From positions 16,740,001-16,804,000 of the forward strand of contig OX597828.1 in NCBI GenBank assembly GCA_951406725.2: 64,000 nt of DNA. The letters run 5' to 3'. The notes below the pieces were generated by a model that worked only from the letters and a program-made list of their open reading frames with translations, searched no databases and had not been told where the DNA came from. This stretch comes from Octopus vulgaris (Eukaryota). Positions 54,613-64,000 of this stretch are shown here, in pieces; position 1 is the first letter of the stretch, and every line of letters starts with the position of its first letter. The position numbers and the translations under genes were made by a program.

Positions 54613-55776
54613 AAGATTGGTCAGCTTAGGGCTATTGTAGATGACACTTGCTCAAGATATCACTCTTTGGGACTGAATACAAAACCCTTTGATGGCAAAA
54701 TGAGCTTCTTAACCATAAAACCATGCTTGTATCTGTACTTTAAATAAAAAAAGATTATAGTTACCAGTAATCGTCCTTAAAATCGTGAATGTGGTGTATT
54801 TTATTTTATAATATTTACTTGATGATCGGGTCATTGAAAACTGGATCCTTTGGTTTCGCTCGTGACGAATGTGTTAGTACTCTAAAGTTTCAGCGAGGAC
54901 TTTCCTTCATCCTCATCACTTGCCCACTGTAGAATCTAACGTGAACGTGCCGATCAGCTCCCGACTGACATAGGGTGCCTGTATTTGCGTCCTAATTTAG
55001 TTGGAAGTTCAAATCATAATAATATGAGTGCCAACATCATATTATACAAGCTTTTACTATTTTTCTCCATTGTCTAAAAAAATTCTGTATCTAATTTAGT
55101 TAGAATGGAGATAGATTAAAACAGTTTAACTAGTGCAATCCGAGAATTTTCTTGGTAGCTTCTAATCAATTAGAACTCTTTGATTAGCTTTGCAAAGATT
55201 TTGCTCCCTGCTCTACAATCGCCAAACTACACACAGTCCTAACATGCGTCTCAGATGCTATAACAGACATACAATCGTACCAATGAGCATAAAATTCTAT
55301 CGGATGTGCCTGAAGAAATTTGACAACCCTGCACCCAGCGTCGAAGAAACGGCCTCTCATCTGAGAGTAATGCATTCTTTGTTCACATCCAGCACCATCG
55401 ACTTACCGTTCAGATCGAAGAAGATCGTCCGTACCTTAATGTCCAAAAGATTTTGAAGTAACACAGTGCTACTCTGTTATCTTTTATAGGCCAACCATAA
55501 AAAAAGACGTGTAATTCATAGGAAGCCAAAATATATATAGGACCATGTTTCATGTACAATTGAAAGCAACAAAGCTGTAATCGACTAGTCCCCTCCTCTC
55601 TAAATTTCAGGCGTTGTGCCTATAGTAGATAGATTATAATCTATGTAAAACCCAAAGTAATAAAAAAAAAAGAAAAGAAGAAAAAGAGAAAACGGAGAGA
55701 ATGAGAGCAGTAAAGTGGATGGGAGAGTGAGGAGGAAGAGGCAGAACGACAGTTTGAAACTGGGTAAAAGAACAAA

Positions 55777-55879
<103 letters not shown>

Positions 55880-56406
55880 AAGATGGACATAGAAGGGAAA
55901 TTTTACGCTTCAGGGCAAAACGAGTTTGCGAAACAGTTTCAATTCCCGCTTAAATCTAATTCAACCTAATTTACATCATTCGTTCATTCATTTATTCCCT
56001 AGGGAAGGGCATGACCGTTAAGAAATCGCATCCACCTACATATTTACAACACGCAATGTTTTTATTTGTTTAGTTGAATAGAAATTAATATTCTGCGACA
56101 GTATGAAAACAAAAATTAAATTTTGTTTTAATCCATATCCTCTTAATTCAAGCTGTCGTAAATAATTGCTTGCGCATGAAAGGTTTTTAAGAAGGGCGAG
56201 TGGTGGGTGAATGTATAATCTATGAATCTTCATTGCGTAGAAAAAACTAGAGCAAACGCGGGAATATGTCGGGCTCAAGAGTGAGCTTCTATATGGTTGC
56301 TAGAAATGATATAGAGATCGAATTGAAACCCTTCAAATCGCACCTTTCTACTGAAATAAACATGTTAGCGTGTGATTTGAGGAAAATTTTTATCTGAAAA
56401 ATCATT

Positions 56407-56670
56407 CGAGCGATCGCTTGTTCGAATGTCAGATCGGGCGATGTGTGTGTTTATCAGCAAAACACCTAAACTCCACGTGGCTCCGGCAGAAGGTAATGGC
56501 GAACTCCTGCTGACGCTTTCGCCACAACTTTCTCTCACTCTTTCCTCCTGCATCTTGCAGCTCACCTGCGACGGACCAGCGTCCCATCCAGGTGGGGAAC
56601 CCATACGCCAAGGAAACCGGGAAACCGGCCCTTATGAGCCAGGCGTAGCTCGAGGAGGAAGAAACAAACA
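56407..56670 (+). mobile_element. SINE family A, 5'-truncated
   Basis: Closely similar to 41355-41610. Confidence 0.9.
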
Positions 56671-56869
56671 TTATGCTTACTGCAACCAAAGTAAGAATGT
56701 GCTACATAAACTATATAAGATACAGTATTTCTAAGCGCTTAAATTTAATCTAAATTGCATTATCTGAACACAATGAAGTGCTATGGCGTCATCAAAATGT
56801 ATCTGATCACAATGTGGTGCTATGGTAATCACAACTGGAAAGTCTTTGATCATAGACCTTTTTGGTTCA

Positions 56870-57080
56870 GGTTGGCACCGAAGATAAACCACAACAGCAA
56901 TTTTGGGGAAGGTCAATTACCATCGATCCCAGTGAGGTATTATCATTTATTTTATCGACTCTGAAAGGATGAAAAGCAAAGTCGATCCCGGTGGAATTTC
57001 ATCTCAGAAAGTAAATGCAGACGGAATGCCGCTAAGCATTTTGCCTAGCGTGCTAACCTTTCCGCCTCCTCGCGCCTTAA
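56870..57080 (-). mobile_element. SINE family C
   Basis: GAAAGGATGAAAAGCAAAGTCGATCCCGGTGGAATTT core. Confidence 0.75.
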
Positions 57081-57392
57081 CAACAACGATGATATCCCCA
57101 GTAAGACCTAGCCCCATCGATCAGCAACACCTAAAAGCAATTGAATTTCTTCAGCAAAATAGATTATTAGCTCCTACTTGTGTTTGGGCAGTTATGAAAC
57201 ATTTATCAGCATTTTTATGTGTAATACGTAATGAACTTTGAAAAGGTATAATAAACCCTATTATCTCCCCTAATTTCGCTCTTGCGTCTCACGTTTGATC
57301 TTTGACTTCTGGCCGAAATCAGATCGCCATGTTGATTCGCTAGCCTCTGCACGCATTTTTTTCTCTCCTTCTTTCTGTGTTTCTTCTCTGTA

Positions 57393-57430
57393 TCTTTCTG
57401 TTGAAGTGCGTAGGCTCGAAACGTTAAAGA
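57393..57430 (+). ncRNA. Minimal hammerhead-like motif, CUGUNGAA core variant
   Basis: UCUUU-CUGUUGAA-GUGC guag GCUC-GAA-ACGU-U-AAAGA. Lies in cassette ~57322-57560, which is homologous to 43530-43740. Confidence 0.6.
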
Positions 57431-58116
57431 CTTGTTTTATTTATATTTCCTGAGCGCCATACTAATACAATTGTTTGTTTGTATTCCACCTGCCTTTGTC
57501 TTTTGTTTATTTCCGTAAACCTGCCTTCGTCTTTTGTCTATTTTCATAAAGCTTCCCGTTATAATAAATCTTTATTAGACAGCACGTTTAAAAATCTATG
57601 AGAGTTAAATTAAAACTAAAATATACACATTCAGAGGCGCAGGCGTGGCTTTGCAGTTAAGACGTTTGCGTTTTTAGGTCCAGTCCTATTTACAGGACCT
57701 TGGGTAAGTGTCTTCTTCAATAGCATTTGGCTGGCCAATGAATTGTGAATGAACTAATAAACAGAAATACAGTGGAAACATCGCTTGTATGCAGGTAGTA
57801 GGAACATCTGCACATACACACGTAGACTCCCATACGCAAACACAAGCCTATATATGTTTAAGCTCGCCTACACATATATTCACACTTGCTCGACCCCATT
57901 CACACATACACACTCACACACACCATTCTTACATACACATACGTGCTTGTGCAAAATTAGTTCATCGTTGTTATCTCACGAGTCACCATAATTATCTCCC
58001 TTTCACTCAGCTTCTCTCTTCCGGTCATTTCATCATGTTGAACCATTAATCCCAACACATTCTTTTCTCTCCCCGGCTTTTGTTTCTTTCTCTCTCCATT
58101 TTTTAACCTTTTATCA

Positions 58117-58152
58117 CTTTCTGTCGAAGAGCGTAGGCCCGAGACGTCAAAG
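58117..58152 (+). ncRNA. Minimal hammerhead-like motif, CUGUNGAA variant (mutated)
   Basis: CUUU-CUGUCGAA-GAGC guag GCCC-GAGA-CGU-C-AAAG. The cassette ends in (TACA)n. Confidence 0.5.
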
Positions 58153-58340
58153 AAAGACTTTTCCATTCTTCCCGAGCGTCAAAATAATACTCCTGCTTGT
58201 TGTTCCCTCACCTATCTTCGTCTTTTATTTTCTGTAAATTTGAACTAAACATACATGCATTCATACATACATACATACATACTACATACATACATACATA
58301 CATACATACATACATACATACATACTCACACATACATACA

Positions 58341-58374
<34 letters not shown>

Positions 58375-59436
58375 CATACATATATACATACATACATGTA
58401 AGTATATCTGTGTGTATGTACGTATCTTGAGTCCATTTCCACTCCACAGCTAAAAAATCGGTATTGGTTTGATGATGTCGCTTTAACTTAGTTGTTCTGT
58501 AATAGAAGCAATAGAATAAATTACTAGTCTAAAAAAATATAAGTGGAGGAGTTGATCTGTTCGATATAACCCTTCAAGGGCTAAGCTCTGGCATGGCTGC
58601 TCTCCAGTGACTGCAACGCATAAGATAATAAAAGAGCAAAATAATGTTACTGGGTTGTTCAATAAATAGCAATTTCGTCATGCCAAGCTACAACATTTCG
58701 CTGACATTGCACTAAACCTCGCTTGATTATGAAGTCCTTTGCCTCTATTAGAACTTCGTCGTACATGCTCAGCTTCGCAATTATTCTTGATTTTTCATCG
58801 TGCCTACACAGATATGATACTGAAAGGAAAAAGAGTAAAGACAACGTGCGTCGAGACCTGAAATGAAATCATATGAAGAAAGAATGCACACAAATGAAAC
58901 ACCCTCCTGTCTAAATCTACTGATTACCATAGGGAATACAAGACAATTAGAGCAGAAACTGAACCTGCACTGTAAAATTATAGCATGAGGTTCACGGTTG
59001 GAAAGACTTTAATTGTGTGTATGCGTGTGTATAAATATATATATATATGTATGTATGTATGTATGTATTATTTTACTTTCATTTCATTTTTTACTTGTTT
59101 CGGGCCATGCTGGAGCGCCGCCTTAAAACGATTTTTTAGTCGAAGAAATCGAGCCCAGGACTTATTCATTGTAAGCATAGCACTTATTCACTCCGTCTCT
59201 TTTGCCAAACTGTTAAGTCGTGGGGACATAAACACACCACCATTGATTGTCAAGCGATGATTACGGGAACAAACACAAGAGAAACGAACACAAATATATG
59301 CAAACGTGCATATATATATATATATATATATATATCTTGCTTGATTAAGGATAATATTTTGATGTGGGAGTGGAAGGTGATCAAGAGCCGCCCCTAAAAC
59401 AACTAAAATAGCGACAATACAACAACAGTAGCAAAG

Positions 59437-59590
59437 AAGCGAGCTGGCAGAAACGTTAGCACGCCGGGCGAAATGCTTTGCGGTATTTCGTCTGTCTTTA
59501 CGTCCTGAGTTCAAATTCCGACGAGGTCGACTTTGCCTTTCATCCTTTAGGGATCGATTAAGTAAGTACCAGCTGCGTACTGGGGTGGAT
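59437..59590 (+). mobile_element. SINE family C, 3'-truncated
   Basis: Nearly identical to 45115-45265. Further degenerate copies at ~1130-1310, 12520-12650, 60200-60460 and 60570-60770. Confidence 0.85.
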
Positions 59591-61189
59591 CTAGAAAAGA
59601 ATACAATAACAATAGCATTAGCAGAAACATCGCTTGTCAGATAGAAACCGAGCAAAACACTCATATTTAAGTTGATGATGGTAATGATGATGGTGATGAT
59701 GATGACAATGATGATAGCAATGACTATGACAACGACGATGACGCTGATTATAATAGTATTGATGATGATGACGAGGAGGAGGAGGTGGATGATACAGATT
59801 ATGATGGTGATGAAATGATTTCCAATATAGAATTTTCTGACTTCACTCAGAATAGTCCGGCATAGCATTCACGATGTCGACTGTTATTTTGTTGTTATCT
59901 CAACAGAGCTGCATTCGTTGCTGTTTTCACTGATGCTGCTGCTGTTGCAGCTGTCCCTGCTAGTGCTGCTGCTACTGCTAACACAACACTCGATGAACGG
60001 TATTGATAAAGTTTAATGGTCTCCAGCTATTTTCAGAGATATTTTCAAACTTGTTCATTTCACAGTTTGGAGAAAGCAATTATTTTTTTCCCCTTCACTT
60101 TATTTTTCTTCTTGTAAATTCTAAACAGTATCCATCGTTTCTGCTGCTCTCAGCACTTTAAATATTGATTTCTAAACATCGCCATACGACCAATTGTTTT
60201 TTTGTTTAGCGAGGGATGTATTCGATTCAATCGACCCCAGTATATAACTGGTACTTACTATTTTTTTTTTATCGATCACGAAAAGATTACAGCCTAATGA
60301 ATCAACCTCGACTACAACTGGAATCAAAACTATGAACAAAGGTGGCTTTGCAGAATTGGACAAGTTGTCCTAGAAAATGTTTCGATGTGTTTAGTTACGT
60401 TTTTATGGTTCTGCTTGATCTGAGTTCAAATCTTGTGGAATCCAATTTTGTCTTTCACACGGCTTGTATTCATCTCCGTTTCAATTTGCCAAAGTATGCA
60501 TCTTATAATTATCGCTAGTTATTAACTGCACATCCAGGTTGGTACTTGGCTACATAATTTCTTATGGGAGGGTAGCGAGCCGGCAGAATTGTTAGCAGAA
60601 ATGCTAAGGCGTATTTTGTTCATTTTTACATTCTAAGCTGAAATTCCGCTAAGGTCAACTTTGCCGTCGATCTTTTCGGGGTCGATAAAATATGTTGCAA
60701 AGTGGAGATATATTTAATTTGTCTTAGTCTCTATCCCGGAATTTCTAGTATGGTGGTAACATTTGAAACCAATATGTCGCCCATATTACTCTGTAGATAT
60801 CGCTGCCATCACAATGGTATATCTTAAATATACTCGGACTTAGCAGGGAGTGGCGGACCTAGAAATGATTTGGCCAGTTGTCTTTTAGAAGCTATAACAT
60901 ACGCAGCACTTGCATGCTTATCATTATTTTATTTCTGTAGTTATAGTGTCTTTGATTTTTCAACCCAGATGGCTGAGACGCCAAGTTAAAATCTGAGGCA
61001 TGGAAGCCGAAAACAGAAAGAGCAATAAGAAATACCACATGGCATATTGTTCGATGCTCCAACGATAATGCAAAAAACCATTTCTCTCTCTTAGCTATTT
61101 ATCATGTAAAGATAAAATCAAATATTTTGTTTCTGCATTTTGTTTCTCCCTCCTCCTCCCTGTGTGTGTGTGTGTGTGTGCGCGCGCGC

Positions 61190-61270
<81 letters not shown>

Positions 61271-61288
61271 AATATATATATGTATATA

Positions 61289-61508
61289 TACAAAATTAAG
61301 AGGAATGACCACTAAAGTGGATGCCTAATATGCTAACCATAGACGTCGAATCGCCATTGCAACGAAGAATGTGTGCTCAAGAAAAATCTCAGCAAAACGT
61401 TTCGGTGAGATTTTTCTTGAGAACACTTTCTTCGTGGTAATGGCGATTTGACGTCTATGTTTAGCATATTAGGTGTCCACTTTAGTGATCATTCCACTTA
61501 ATTTTGTA
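61289..61508. repeat. 220-bp spacerless palindrome between (TA)n tracts
   Basis: Axis AAAC|GTTT at 61398/61399. 110-bp arms with about 12 mismatches. Confidence 0.9.
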
Positions 61509-61592
61509 ACACAATTTTTCATCTTCGGATTTTTAAAAATATGCTAAGCCACTGTTTTTAATTGATTAATATCAATTTCTACCTTTATTATT

Positions 61593-61711
<119 letters not shown>

Positions 61712-62779
61712 TTAACCCACCCCCACCAGTCATTCGACAAACAAATTTTAAAAACGGAACAATGTATATTCCTAGAGGTTGATTTGGTGACGTGAGTCTT
61801 TTGTCGAATTGTAACCCGTAAGTTAAAAGCTACCTTGAGAAAAATAATTTAGCTTTCAAATTTAATTCGACTTTTGATATTGTTTCTGGTGGATGTCACT
61901 AATTATTTTTGGAATGATGAGTAGGTTACAGTTTTTTTTTTACTACGAAATACGGCACCATCGTTTAAATACAATGATCTAACGTCTAATGCTTAAATTC
62001 AAGATATTTTACATACTGAAATCTTCTTACAATTAAAATTATAACTTGAAACTTACAATTGAAATCTTAAATCTTACTCACAATTAGAATTATAACTGTA
62101 TAAATTACTCATTTGGAATGTTGAAAAAAAACCCCCAGTAACAAGGCATTTAAAAATATTCACGAGACGTGAGAAGTAAGACAAATATACTGGAGATGCT
62201 TTTCAGGTTTTTGCCTGAATGTTGTAAAAATTTTCTGTGGCTTCAATAATCAAGTGAAGGAAGTCAATGTTAAAATTGGTTCCCTCAGAAGAGAAGGCGG
62301 GATGTTGGCTTCTAGAAGTTTGCTTCGGGAAATATTCTTGAATTATTGACTTCACATTTGCAAGACATAAGTGACGCAGATTTTTATAGAAAATGGTGCA
62401 GCAGCAGAGAATATGAAAAGAACAAGGAATGGAAAGTAAAAGGAATATGAATAAACGAGAGTTATCTCAAAGGAAATAACAATGACGACAAAATAAATGG
62501 ATAATAAATAAATAAAAAAGTGAGGAAAGAATTTGATCAATTTTTTTTTCTTCAGAATATAACGTTGGCCAAACAACGATTAATGGATCTGCATGCGAAT
62601 GTCGACAGAAGTATGCTCGTTCACCGAGGTTAAGATATTCAAATGATTTGCTATCACAAAATGTATGAAGAAAAGAAAAAAGAAGGTTAAAACTATTCAA
62701 GTAGCTCTTGATTTCTTGATAAAATTTTCTCTGAAAAATAAATGATTTACAGTAATTCTAAATTGATATTTTATTGTTC

Positions 62780-62795
62780 TTGTTATTATTATTAA

Positions 62796-62875
<80 letters not shown>

Positions 62876-62919
62876 CATCATCATCATCATCAACATTATT
62901 ATTATTATTATTATTATTA

Positions 62920-62990
<71 letters not shown>

Positions 62991-63108
62991 TTCAAGGATT
63001 AATTATAATTATTTCAATTGATTATTAAATTTGATTAATGCTGTTTTGATAAACACAGGAACATTGGGGTGATTAATTAATTGCGCTGCGCAAAAGAAAG
63101 TTGTATAC

Positions 63109-63139
<31 letters not shown>

Positions 63140-63349
63140 CATACATACATACATACATACATACATACATACGCACACACATACATACATAAATACATAC
63201 ATACATAAATACATAAATACATACATAAATACATACAAACACACATGTATATATACATATATAAACATATATATTTTATGTATATATATATATCTCTCTC
63301 TCTATCTATCTATCTCTCTATCTCTGTATCTATCTATCTATCTACCTAC

Positions 63350-63385
<36 letters not shown>

Positions 63386-63405
63386 TTATCTCTCTCTCTC
63401 TCTCT

Positions 63406-63470
<65 letters not shown>
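62780..63470. repeat. (ATT)n/(ATC)n, (TACA)n, (TATC)n and (TA)n microsatellite cluster
   Basis: Direct reading. Confidence 0.9.
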
Positions 63471-63884
63471 TCTGTGTGTCTATACGTGCATCCATGTATG
63501 ATAGATTATGTGTATTTATATGTGAGTAATAATTATTGTAACCGAAAATATTGCGGCCCATAAGTTAATTTTGCAAAATTCTGCAGATTAAAGATAAACA
63601 TCTGTATATATGTATATATTATTGTTATATTAAAAGGAATATGGATGGGTCCGTGGGTCTATATAAGTCAATTATATACATCAAAAATTATGCAGCATTC
63701 AATGCATATATATACTGTAATATGTATTAGGATATAAATTAATACAACCCACGTATGTCCATTGTGGAGACTTGAAGTTGTAGGACTTGGGGCGTCATTT
63801 ATAAGAGAGAACCAATTATTTCTTCGTAGCATGAATAAATATTCCATATAATAAGCACACACACACTTCTATCTATCTATTTAC

Positions 63885-63931
<47 letters not shown>

Positions 63932-63955
63932 CACAGATGTACATACATAACATAA

Positions 63956-64000
<45 letters not shown>

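Overview
AT-rich, microsatellite-dense eukaryotic DNA with no intact protein-coding gene. Nearly all listed ORFs are translations of (TA)n, (CA)n, (TACA)n, (ATT)n or (GATA)n tracts. The repeat landscape strongly suggests an octopus/coleoid cephalopod intron or intergenic region (inference). Recognisable content: four families of tRNA-headed SINEs (>25 copies or fragments), a 5'-truncated CR1-group LINE, an RTE RT fragment, decayed hAT (Charlie/Buster-like), maT (DD37D) and mariner DNA transposons, two Penelope-like element (PLE) GIY-YIG endonuclease remnants, and a 37-bp minisatellite. The most striking signal is about 10 type I hammerhead-ribozyme (HHR) motifs read directly from the sequence. 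They sit in short non-coding cassettes embedded in (TA)n/(CA)n microsatellites, often as fold-back palindromes. One family carries a recurrent non-canonical core (CUGUNGAA), and one 132-bp perfect palindrome encodes the same HHR on both strands. Together these suggest a microsatellite-targeting, PLE-mobilised, ribozyme-bearing non-autonomous retroelement system. All folds and translations were done by eye, and boundaries are approximate unless stated.
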